A DNA stretch of 64,000 nt from Haliotis cracherodii (Eukaryota): NCBI RefSeq assembly GCF_022045235.1, contig NW_027266297.1:37324001-37388000 (forward strand), given 5' to 3'. The stretch's first letter is position 1, and each line of letters opens with the position of its first letter. Below are positions 1-12,900 of the stretch, one piece after another. A model generated the notes under the pieces. The model was not told where the DNA came from. It searched no databases and saw nothing but the letters and a program-made list of their open reading frames with translations. A program made the position numbers and the translations under genes.

Positions 1-233
1 ACAAGGTAACGTCAAAGGGACTGGTCCTGAAGTTTTTCAGGCTCCTGTTAACAACACAACACAAATCCCTAGAAAACATTAAAAGGACTGGGACTTCATT
101 CTCAAGCTGTTAACCAAAGAGTATATACTGACTTGGTAACCTCATCTTTTCCATTTTCGAGTTTGGAATCTTTACTTTGAGAACACTCAATGCAGGACAT
201 GCAGGATGACTGACCATGCATGATTATATCACG

Positions 234-953
234 ACATCCCTCGCCTCAGTGACGACACCGGCATTGTCCCCCTTACCTGCTGACCTGTAGCTTAACAGTG
301 GTGGACGGCATCACTCGCCTCAGTGACGACACCGGCATTGTTCCCCCTTACCTGCGGACCTGTAGCTTAACATTGGTGGACGGCATCTCTCGCCTCAGTG
401 ACGACACCGGCATTGTTCCCCCTTACCTGCGGACCTGCAGCTTAACAGTGGTGGACGGCATCACTCGCCTCAGTGACGACACCGGCATTGTTCCCCCTTA
501 CTTGGGGACCTGTAGCTTAACAGAAGTGGACGGCATCCCACCCACCCTCAGTGACGACACCGGCATTGTTCCCCCTTACCTGCTGACCTGTAGCTTAACA
601 GTGGTGGACGGCATCCCTCGCCTCAGTGACGACACCGGCATTGTCCCCCTTACCTGCTGACCTGTAGCTTAACAGTGGTGGACGGCATCCCTCGCCTCAG
701 TGACGACACCGGCATTGTTCCCCCTTACCTGCTGACCTGTAGCTTAACAGTGGTGGACGGCATCCCTCGCCTCAGTGCGGACCTGTAGCTTAACAGTGGT
801 GGATGGCATCCCTCGCCTCAGTGACGACACCGGCATTGTTCCCCCTTACCTGCGGACCTGTAGCTTAACAGTGGTGGATGGCATCCCTCGCCTCAGTGAC
901 GACACCGGCATTGTTCCCCCTTACCTGCGGACCTGCAGCTTAACAGTGGTGGA
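234..953. repeat. 75-bp minisatellite, about 9.5 copies, made of the CC2D2A exon 3' end, its donor and the intron start
   Basis: Unit starts recur at 298, 373, 448. On the minus strand the unit contains TCCACCACTGTTAAGCTGCAGGTCCGCAG|GTAAG, matching the end of exon 1065-925. Confidence 0.95.
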
Positions 954-3900
954 TGTAAACTTCTGGAACTCTCTCTGTTTCTTCACCTCCTTCCAAGTGT
1001 TGATGATGCTCTTCAGAAGCTGCCGGTCGGTAAGCTCCTCGCGGTCCCGCATCACACGGGTTTGTCTGAGATTAAGGAAAGTGACAAGTGTATGTACAGT
1101 AATACTATCCAAGCTTAATACTTGTCAGGACATAAATACAGACGAACATAATGAACATATTTCTCATACGAATTCTAAATTTAAGTTGACATTAACAATA
1201 TCCAGAACAATTTTGACAGAAAATAATATTTTCTGATATATGAGCTAACTTGTAAAGATTATTCTTGTGGATAATCTCTTGCAACACAGCCATGACTTTA
1301 TATTTGAATCTTATCAGATAGATAGCAACAAAACAGTCAAGGAGAGGAGCTTTCATTTAGTGATTATAGTGGAAACCTTACAAAGGCTGATGTAGCTCGA
1401 CATTTTGACAATGAAATATGACCACATTCTACTTTTCTCACTCCACAAGCAGGACAAGTAAGATCATGAAGATGTGCATGTTTTCCAAGAAAGTATCCCT
1501 CCCCTCTCCATTAACTGTGACTTGTTCGTACTCTCTTGGTCTTAGTTATATATATCAGCAAATTGATCAGTTAACTGAAGAGGGTGTTTTAGTTTATTGT
1601 AACAAACGTTTGATGTATTAATGATTTATGGATAAATTATTGAAATCTTTATTAAAAATGTACCATTACTATGTTCCTGTTGTGTTGAAATTTCACTCTG
1701 TGGCTGTAATAATGTCATGTTAGAAGTATAGCATAGCGTTCCACACAAAAACAGGAAACAGTCTTTTGGGATAAGTGGCCAACTACATATAGAGACACCT
1801 TTGTCCCATGATTAGATTAATGAGGGTGGACTGTACGGAAGTGAACTAACCTTATTTCATACTTGTAGTCCACCAGCCTCCTCTCGTAGTTTGCTCTGTC
1901 CGCTACACTCATCTCTCCCTATTGAAACAATGTTATTTTAGGCAACAGGAATCCAGATCAGGAACCGATACTATATGACCAGAATTTGAAGACAACATGA
2001 CCAGTGTCAAAGCTCTCTGTGAAGGTTTGTTTGTTTGTTTGTTGTTTAACGCCGCACTCAGCAATATTCCAGCTTTATGATGGCCAGACCAGACAATCCA
2101 GTGATTGACATCGTGAGCATTAGTCTATGCAATTGGGATGCAATGATATACATCAACAAAATCAGCAAGCCTTACCATCCAATTCTGTTAGTCGCCTCTT
2201 ACGACAAGCATATCGCCTCTTACGTCAGGCATGGGTTGCTAAAGACTTATTCTACCCGGGATCTTCACGGCACAGAATGAGCCGCTCAATGACTGACAGA
2301 CACTTAACAAAATAGATTGTTGTTCACAATATCAACCACTGTTTTTTGAATGATCCAGATTGGAATATTTACAGGCCAGTCAAACTTATTTCTTATACTT
2401 GTCTTTTGAATAGAAAAGGTGGATCATTACATTGCTATCAAACATTAGTTTGACTTGATTACTTGATGCCGCGATTGTCACCGGGTCAGAAAACCAGTGT
2501 AGTCACTCACAATCTAGTGACTGGCTCTAGCGGCTAAATCACATGACTAATTTGAGTCAGAGAACATTATCCTGATACAAGGTTTGAAATATATATTATG
2601 AATCATACAAAACTGAATGTCTATCAACACATCCACATCATGTCGTACAAACCTTGTGTGACAAGATATGATCCTTCAAATGGAGGGCCGAGTTCTTCAG
2701 AGCTCTCAGCTGAAAGTACACAAAAGGACCCAGATGTATTCAGTGGGTTTTCCAATTAAACATGTGTAAAAAGGGAAAGGAGTTTTAGTATATCAATGCT
2801 ATAAAAATGAAATGTCAATTATAACCGATTTTATAGAAAGAACTTTGATCATATTCTTGTATGGTTATCTACATGATCACGGGTAAACTAGTCTAAGTCA
2901 TCTTCCCACGGCAGGGGAGTTAACTGACTGTAAAAGTCCAGTTTCCACCCTTGCCGAACTAGGCCGGAAGTCTGGGTTCGATCAAAGCCCCACCAGTGAC
3001 TATTACGAGTTATATCACTTTATGTTCCTCCTATTGACCAATCAGGTTCCACCTCTGATATCACTTGCATTTGCTTCAAACAAAATGGTGGTGCCCAGTG
3101 AAGCCAATCTGATCGATAATCAAAATCCATATTGTAATAAAACGGGTCTTACTTCATGAAGTCCATCAAGTCACGTGAGCACCTTGACTAAAAACATTAA
3201 AACATTGGGAAAATATCTGTTGATGCTATGTTGCAAATCCTGCAATCAACCGAAACCTGCACGACAGTTTACGAACCGGATGTTGATTTTGTTCTTGTTT
3301 GTTGATTTTGACTGGACTATGCATAGACTCCTTAATTCACCCCAAAATAACTCCATAATTCCAGCCTAGTTCGGCAAGGGTGGAAAGTGGACTTTTATAG
3401 TCAGTTAACTCCCTTGCCTCTAGAAGATGGTTTAAGTGAGAATGGTAAATGTTGGTCATGAAACATCTGACAAAATGACACCAGCTACTGCACCAACTGC
3501 CAATACATATAAATCAGTCAGGATGACCTCTGCCCTTCTGAGGGGTCAATTTCCATTACTCTGTGTTGGACTAACATTTCAGTTCTTGTATTTTTTGACA
3601 GTATAATATAAACATTAATGATTTATTGCTCTAACTGAAATCAATAATCACAGAATACGGCACATACGAAGTGTCTCAATATATATCTCGTATATTATCA
3701 TAGCTTAGTCGTAAAATATGCTTAACTATACAACTTGATGGTTACAAATTTTCAAGAAATACACATAAGCATTAACAAATGATTATTCAAACCTTCTCGA
3801 TGAGGAATTCTGTGATATTTTTTTTCTTTCTGACAAGATACAGCCGGTTGAGCTCTGTCAGTCGTTGAGACAGGACATGTTCCTTGCTGAACAGATGATG

Positions 3901-6900
3901 ATGAGTGAAGCTGATGGAGTTGATGTCGACGTCAAGCTGGTACCGCCCTGAGCCGTCAATAGCCCCATCTATGTAGCGGCAGTCAAACTCGCGCATGATC
4001 GCCTGTATGGTATAAGGCTACTTTAAACCTCAGTCATAGGAAATCAAATGATCAGTTAAACTTAAATACATGCACATTGTACTGTCTACGTGTTCTGGAA
4101 CATAGGGGGCGGTCGGGTAGCCTAGTGGTTAAAGCGTTCGCTCGTCACGCAGAAGACCCGGGTTCGATTCCTGACATGGGTACAATGTGTGAAGCCCATT
4201 TCTGGTGTCCCCCGCCGTGATATTGCTGGAATATTGCTAAAAGTGGCGTATAACCATACACACTCACTCACTCACTCACTCTAAAACATAGCAAGCACAT
4301 GTTCCAAGGTTGACCACACATGGCAAGCTTGACTCCAGTTTCTAGACCACTCGTCCTGCCCCACACCCACTCAGCAGCAACTGGGTACTCGGCAGAGTCT
4401 GCTTAGGTTAAATACTCCCAAAGGAGCTGAGAATAAAATTTGAATGCACACTCATCCATTTTTTCAAATACAGTAAACTACGGTCATAATGAATTCAAAG
4501 GGACCATTAATTTTAGTTCATTACAAACATATATCAACATATATACAGCAATGGACGGGACCGAAAAACAGTTCTTTACATCTGTTAGTTTGTTATAAGA
4601 GTATTCTTTATAAACATAGTTTACTGTAATAATGTCAAGACTTTGAGCATGCCTTCTAATTACTTGAGTCTTGTGATATATACTTGCTGCTGCAATATTA
4701 TTTTTATTTAGATATATGACAAAGCGACGCGAAAATGTCACATATTTGTCAACAACAAGAGGGCAATGAAACGAGTAGACTATGAAGCTGTTCCTCACCT
4801 TCCGAAACACCGTTTCCAGGTATGGCTCCACCTCCTCGGGTACGATTGGCCGTGAGGGGGTAGACCTCAGCGGGTCCGGCAATGCTATGATCTGTCCGTC
4901 TTCACCAAACCAACGTCTTCCCTACAACACATCAAGATCTGCAGATGACACTTTCCTAAAAACTGCCTCATTCAACAGCGATATATTACATAACAACGCA
5001 TCATGACATATCTTCAAGGAATAAAACCATTAAGGTCAAAATTCACACAGGAAACAGATTAAGTCTGAATTTTTATTTGGGCTCAATGAAATTATCGTTA
5101 TTATATTAATTTCAATGAAAGTAAAATTAAAAATAGATTGGGTACCTTGTCTGGCTCGTGCAGCAGCCTGTTCTCCATCTTGTTTTGGTTGCGGGTGGGG
5201 ATGAGGGGTCGTGTGCCGACATACAGACCCTCCTCCTCCAAGAACCGGGGGGCCAGGTCCTGCCCTACCTTCTCAGATGTGGGCACTGATACAACAAGAT
5301 GCACATTACAGGAAGCCATCAAGCATACATTCCAAGCCTGCATTTTTTCATCTGTAATTTGTTATGAACTTGAAGAAATATGGCCCCATACATCAAACTT
5401 CCCCTGCACATTTTTGTCAACTTTGCCATTTTGTGGCTGCTATGTAAACAACTCATGTGTAAGGCTATAAAAGTAATAGTCTTGGGTTCTCAGGCACCGC
5501 CCGTATCATCATAAAGTCCGCCGCACGTTTAGTTTTTATTTTGTACCCTCCTTCGTCTCACCTTGAACTGGATTTACAATCAGCTCGAGTGTGGGCTTTG
5601 CGCACCAAAACAATTGGATACACTATGTTTAGTTGAAAAATATGTTTGCTTTCCTAATACAAGGCAGGCATTATCAGTGAAGGGTACTGGCCTGACTTTC
5701 GTATTATAATTTATTGCAATAATGATTCATGTACTGCAATACATGCCACAATAAATTGCATGTATTTTTCATCTGTAATTTGAATTAAGATGGCCCCATA
5801 CATCAAACTTCTCCTGCATATTTTTGTCAACTTCGTTTGCAATTTTGTTGCTGCTATGGTCACAACTCATGCGTAAGGCAAAAAAAAAGAAGTCTTGGTC
5901 CTCAGGCACCAGCATCATCATCATCATCATAAAGTCTGCTGCATGTTTCATTTTTATTATTTTACTCTATATTTTCAATAGCCATTGCCTGAGAACCAAT
6001 TCTTTTATTTATTTAAGCCTAAAAGACACATTAATTCTATACAGGAAGGTGGTCGAGAAGACCGTACCCTCTCTCGTCTCACCTTGAACTGAATTTACAA
6101 TCAGCTCGAGTGTGGGCTTTGCGCACACTATGTTTAGTTGAAAAATATGTTTGCTTTCCGTTAAGTGTTGTACAGTTAAAAAACACTGGTGCCTTGTGCA
6201 AAAGGGGAATTCCATGGTCCCAATGTGAAGTATACAGGTTACATGTTACCATGGTTACTTCAGGTCGTAAGGTATCTACTTCGAAAAACTTTGTGGTGAG
6301 TGAGTATGGTTTTATGCTGCTTTTAGCAGTATTCCAGCAATATCACGACAGGGGAAACCAGAAATGAGCTTCAAACTTTGTACCCATGTCGGGAATCGAA
6401 CCTGGGTCTCCGGTGTGACATGCGAACACTTTAACCAGTAGGCTACCCGACCTCCCCAAATCATGATGGTAAAATGATCAACTTATTTTGATTTTTGAAG
6501 TATGTTGACAATTATGCATTGTTAAACAACAAACAAACAAACAAACTTACGGCTGATGAGTGACGGGATGTATAATAATTTCTCTTCTTTCTCTCGCAGC
6601 TTATCAGGGGCAGTAACTTCGGCTCGGCCCACAGTGGTCTGACCATACCCTCCTTCGTCTCCCTCCACACCAAAGTCTTCTAGAAGGGGCTTCTCATCTG
6701 TGCAGAGATCAGAAACATCCTCAAACAGATGCATAACCATATTACAGATATATAACAGTATAACAGATATATTACACCATAAGGAATATACAACAGTATA
6801 ACAGATATATAACACCATAATGAATACCTAACAGTATAACAGATATATTACACCATAATGAATATGTAACAGTATAACAGATATATAACACCATAATGAA

Positions 6901-9900
6901 TATATAACAGTATAACAGATATGTACAACAAAATAACAGATATGACATCACAAATTATATGACAATATAACAGATATATACCATCACAATGACATATGGT
7001 ATATAATATACATAACAGTAAATGTATGCTTAACACAATGGATATATAACATCATAAAAGATATAAATATTACAGTATAACAGATATATAACAGTATAAC
7101 AGATATATCACATCATAACATATGATATCTTACAAATTCTGGTGAAGCTCAGGATACACTCTTGCTCACTGAGCACAGAGCACTCAACAGAGCACTCACT
7201 GACACACTCAACCTCCTTGGATCAGGTGAGCGAGTGAATTATTTTCTATTTTGTTTTGAACCCAACCCCTATTCATTCACATCATGCAGTGTCAGCTTAA
7301 TGTGGGAGGAAAGCCCAAATGGATGCATGTCTTTGATGTTGATCACTTTGGTAAACCCTGGAACATGGGAATGGTGTTAACAAACCAAGAGATCTGGACC
7401 CATCTAGAATTTGAACACACAATATGATCCTGGCGTGACTAAGGGAAGCAACTCTGCACAGTGAAGTTGGTGTCTCAAATGACCATGATGACACAGCAAC
7501 CCTTGCTCCCACTGAATGAGTGACATGGATGTTAATAACCCTTACTCACCAAAAACCAATGGTGTGTCGAGTAAATGTAGGAGGAAAGCCCATCGCAATG
7601 CGTGTTGATAAATTCTTACAAATTTTCCAAGTAACAACTGCTCAAATGTGCTTAGAACCTCATTGATCTAGTCTAAGGCTGTCTTGAAGAGACAGGTTTT
7701 AAATTTGTCTTTCTAAAGTTTGTCAGATTTTCTGTTTCTCGGATTTATTGTGGCAGACTGTTCCATAGCAATGAGCCAGCATGTTGAAATGACCTGTCAC
7801 CATGTGTGTCGGTACGTGACTTTGGCACCAATAGCTGAAGTTGATCTTTTGATCGGAGAGAAAGTGCAGGCCTGTATGGTACTATGGTAAACCAGAATTA
7901 CTAGATTCAGATGGTGCTGACAAACCAAGAATCAACAAACACGGTGCTTACAGTGCTTCCTAGTGTGATATATCTGCCAATAAAGACAATATGACATGTG
8001 GGATAAAAAAGGATTCTTCTTGGCCCAAGTGTGCCCAAATCCCAATTCTAGTACTTTGATGTCTAGAGACAGTTGGGTATGCAAAGTTTTGCAAAAGTTA
8101 CCTTCTGGTTTGTCATCTTTCTTTTTATCTCCTTCCTGAAAAAAAAGGGAAACAATTATCTTTCATTGTTTTCTCCTACTTTCTAAGGCTCTTCTCTGTG
8201 TGAAACTAATAAATGAAACTACATCTCAGGACCCAACAACATCAACTTCAGCCCTCTGGTTTAAGTCAAGGTTTAACCATCCTAGAAATCAATGGGTGAC
8301 TTTGATTTTGCCCATTCTTTAACATAATCTCACTTAAAGCAAACCTATTTTAGAAAACATTCCAATATCTAGAGGAATGACTGTCCCCACCTCTCCTTCT
8401 CCCTCCTCCTTCTCCTCGCTTGTCCCTTCCTTTGGCTCCGTCTCCTCCTTCTTCTCCTCGGGTTTTGTTTCTCCTTCTTTCTTCTCCTCCACTTCCGGTT
8501 CAGGTTCATACTCCCGAGTGAAGAAGTCGAACGCCTCTTCTGCAGTTGGCATTCCCATTTCCTGTAACGTATCACATCACACATTATCTGCTTGAAAAAG
8601 TATACAAAATAATTCTTGTAAACATGTTAAAAGAATTATACAATACAAAGAAAGTAGAAGATAATTTGTTTTGAGGTGAAAATACATCAATGTCTGGCTA
8701 TGAAAGTAAGTGATTCATATGGCAATAACATGTCCGAAAAAAAAAAGCACCTCCCAAACACAACATTGTGACAGTCATGAAACATGTGACCTCGGACACC
8801 TCAAAGACACTTATTTAACACATTAGTGATGTTGGCTGCAAAATGTAAATTTGGAATTTGATATTCCGACCACTTTCACGACCTAGTGTGTCACCATCTC
8901 ATCACGTCCATTAAAATATGATCGCCTACTCTCCTGCAGATAGGATCAAATCATTTCCATTTTCCAATACCAAATAGATCAGAAGACATTGTTTTGATGA
9001 TTTTTAACATCCCCTACACTTTTGTCAAAGTATATTATACAAAGGCAATAACATATCTTTCAAGTTGTGTTTTTGTAAAACACTTTGGGAAAATGAATAG
9101 AGAAAGACTGGCTGTCAATGGGAAACATGGTAAATACATGCGTCTTACCTTATCAGACTTTGGCCCTTTCTTCTTCCAGCGCAACTTCAGTTTCTGAGCT
9201 TGAAGTTTTTCTTCCATTTCCTCCTCAGTGATCTGAAAAACATGTGCAGGATTATATTTACGAGAGCTCCAGAAGTGAAGGTAAAACATTTTTGAGGCTT
9301 CTCCTGCCTATGTCCTGCTGTGTGACTGTGTCAAACCATGTCCTCACCATGTCCTGCCTGATGTCCCACTGTCTGACTCACCTCTGTGTCAAACCGTGTC
9401 CTTGTCTTCTCTTGGCTGATGTCTCGCTGTGTGACTCACCTCTGTGTCAAACCATGTCCTCACCTTCTCCTGCCTGATGTCCTGCTGTGTGACTCACCTC
9501 TGTGTTGAACCGTGTCCTCGCCTTCTCTTGCCTGATGTCCTGCTGTCTGACTCACCTCTGTGTTGAACCGTGTCCTCACCTTCTCCTGCCTGATGTCTCG
9601 CTGTCTGGCTCACCTCTGTGTTGAACCGTGTCCTCGTCTTCTCCTGCCTGATGTCCTGCTGTGTGACTCACCTCTGTGTCGAACCGTGTCCTCGCCTTCT
9701 CCTGCCTGATGTACCGCTGTCTGGCTCACCTCTGTGTTGAACCGTGTCCTCACCTTCTCCTGCCTGATGTCCTGCTGTGTGACTCACCTCTGTGTCGAAC
9801 CGTGTCCTCGCCTTCTCCTGCCTGATGTACCGCTGTCTGGCTCACCTCTGTGTTGAACCGTGTCCTCGTCTTCTCCTGCCTGATGTCCTGCTGTGTGACT

Positions 9901-12900
9901 CACCTCTGTGTCGAACCGTGTCCTCGCCTTCTCCTGCCTGATGTCTCGCTGTCTGACTCTCCTGTGTCGAACCGTGTCCTCGCCTTCTCCTGCCTGATGT
10001 CCTGCTGTGTGACTCACCTCTGTGTCGAACCGTGTCCTTGCCTTCTCTTGCCTGATGTCCTGCTGTGTGACTCACCTCTGTGTCGAACCGTGTCCTTGCC
10101 TTCTCTTGCCCGATGTACCGCTGTGTGACTCACCTCTGTGTTGAACCGTGTCCTCACCTTCTCTTGCCCGATGTACCGCTGTGTGACTCACCTCTGTGTC
10201 AAACCGTGTCCTCGCCTTCTCTTGGCTGATGTCTCGCTGCCTGACTCACCTCTGTGTTGAACCGTGTCCTCGTCTTCTCCTGCCTGATGTACCGCTGTCT
10301 GACTCACCTCTGTGTCGAACCGTGTCCTTGCCTTCTCTTGCCTGATGTCCTGCTGTGTGACTCACCTCTGTGTCGAACCGTGTCCTCGCCTTCTCCTGCC
10401 TGATGTACCGCTGTCTGACTCACCTGTGTTGAACCGTGTCCTCACCTTCTCCTGCCTGATGTCCTGCTGTGTGACTCACCTCTGTGTCGAACCGTGTCCT
10501 CGCCTTCTCCTGCCTGATGTACCGCTGTCTGACTCACCTCTGTGTTGAACCGTGTCCTCACCTTCTCCTGCCTGATGTCCTGCTGTGTGACTCACCTCTG
10601 TGTCCAACCGTGTCCTCGCCTTCTCCTGCCTGATGTACCGCTGTCTGACAGACCTCTGTGTCAAACCGTGTCCTCGCCTTCTCCTGCCTGATGTACCGCT
10701 GTCTGACAGACCTCTGTGTCGAACCGTGTCCTCGCCTTCTCCTGCCTGATGTACCGCTGTCTGACTCACCTCTGTGTTGAACCGTGTCCTCGCCTTCTCT
10801 TGCCTGATGTCCTGCTGTGTGACTCACCTCTGTGTCGACCGTGTCCTCGCCTTCTCCTGCCTGATGTCCTGCTGTGTGACTCATCTCTGTGTTGAACCGT
10901 GTCCTCGCCTTCTCCTGCCCGATGTACCGCTGTCTGACTCACCTCTGTGTCGAACCGTGTCCTCGCCTTCTCCTGCCTGATGTCTCGCTGTCTGGCACGC
11001 TCCTCTCTAGCCTCCTCTCTCATCTCATCTTCAGCTTGTTCCTGCAACAAACAAAATTAAGTAAAAAAACAAATGTTTGTTTGTTGAAAAATCTGCACCC
11101 AGTAATATTCCAACAAATAAAGGCGGTATGTTAATTATCAAATCTGGACCAGACAATTCAGTGATTGATATTATGAGCACTAATCCACTTCATCTGGGTA
11201 CAGTGTCACCGAGGCTGACCACCCCATCCATATAGTTTGCTTCTGAACAAAAAACGCTTCCTCTCACCCTAGCTTTCTCAAGAACCTTCTTCATCTTGGC
11301 TCGGAGAGATGATCCTCGTGGAGCTTTTGTTGTTGTCTCCGTCGACTCTGTTGTAACTGTAGCCATGGTGATCTCGCCTGTGTCTGGTGGTGCTGTCTCC
11401 ATAGTGGTGTCCGGCATGGAGACTGTCACAACAACACAAACATGCTAACACTTCATGATGGTAAAAGGTTGCTTATCAAAATGTGACACGTTGTGTGTTA
11501 ACTTGACATTGCTAATAAACTGACCACACCCACAGTCATTTAAGTGACCACACCCACCTTCCCCTGTAGGCGTGGTCTCTTCCTCCGACCCCTCCCCTAT
11601 TGCTTCTAAACTTACCACACCAACAGGCAGTCAAGTGACCACACCCACCTTCCCCTGTAGGCGTGGTCTCTTCCTCCGACCCCTCCCCTATTGCTAATAA
11701 TGACCACATCAACAGGCAGTCAAATGACCACACTTACCTTCCCCTGTAGGCATGGTCTCTTCCTCTGGTTTGATTGTCTCTGTCGCCTCCTCTTCTGCTG
11801 GCATGGGGATTGTCCCATCTTCTGTCTCCAGCGGCTGGGGCGCCTCAGCCTCCCTTGCGGACTCCTCTGCCTCGGCAGCGGCAATGGCTGCAGCGAGCTC
11901 CTCCTCCCTGGCCGTCTCCTCCTCAATCTTCTTGCGACTCTTCATCTTCATCGTCTTCAGCTCCCCGCTCACATCATCTTTAGGTGTCACCAGTTGGGAC
12001 AACTAGAATTGTATCAAAATGTTTAATGCAGTATGGCACTCTTCAGCAATATTAAACTCACCTAATCAGTTATGAGTCGTAAGAAGAATTTTAAAAAGTT
12101 TTTTTTTTTACCTCAATTCATGTTAAATTACCAATCTCATTCAAATCAGATCTGAAGACATCCCATTACGTCTGAATGAACTTTCATCTGACCAATCAGA
12201 GTGTCGCTTACCAGGTCAGGAAAGTGACAGTCAGAATGTGTTTTCTAATCATGAACCTCCAAATGTTTAACATAGAGTTTTCTAATCAACAGTCCATTAT
12301 TCATCAAATAAATTGTCCATCTGTTGCTTCAGTTGGATAAACATTTGAATGAAAGAGATTTTGCATTGCATGTGTAAAGTACTGAAATACAATCTAGGCC
12401 ATCTATTAAACATTGCAGTATGTTCAGTTTTCAATTTTTGAATTGAGATCTCTGTGAAACTATTTTTCAAAGCGTAGTTGCCAGTTTGAATCATAGCTCG
12501 ACGAAGATGCTTTCTGATTGGCTAATATCAACTTCTTGTTAGTCATTTCATTGGTCAGTCAAAGTTCAAAAAGGTCGTTCTGACATGACCCATAATGGGA
12601 TGTCCTCTTTGTTTAGCTGTAGAGAGAACATAGATCTGATCTTAATGACAGTTTAATGTTTAAATACAGACATAATATTGTGAATTTATTGGTCACATAG
12701 ACCTCATGATGTTACCTCCCTCTGCCGCCGTTTGTGCCGTGTCTTCACATCCTTCACCAGGGAATGGGCCTGCTCCACTTCCTCTCTAGCCTACAGTCCA
12801 CCAATACACTTCAGTCAGTATCATAACATACGTACACACACAATATCTTCGCTCACCTATTTTGAATATGTTGGCCATCTAGAGTGAGTGAGTGAGTGTG

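Noticed and set aside
141-209. Possible 69-nt CC2D2A exon (HPACPALSVLKVKIPNSKMEKM)
   Set aside because: Frame-compatible, but weak splice sites and no resemblance to CC2D2A that I recognise
298-1236. Plus-strand repetitive ORFs (25-aa repeat)
   Set aside because: Antisense by-product of the 75-bp minisatellite and the CC2D2A exon
4105-4180. tRNA-Asp-like sequence
   Set aside because: Head of SINE A: continues into the SINE body and tail, lacks a proper acceptor stem, multi-copy with TSDs
9296-10993. CRISPR-like appearance and many ORFs in the 58-bp array
   Set aside because: No unique spacers, eukaryotic intron, unit derived from the adjacent exon
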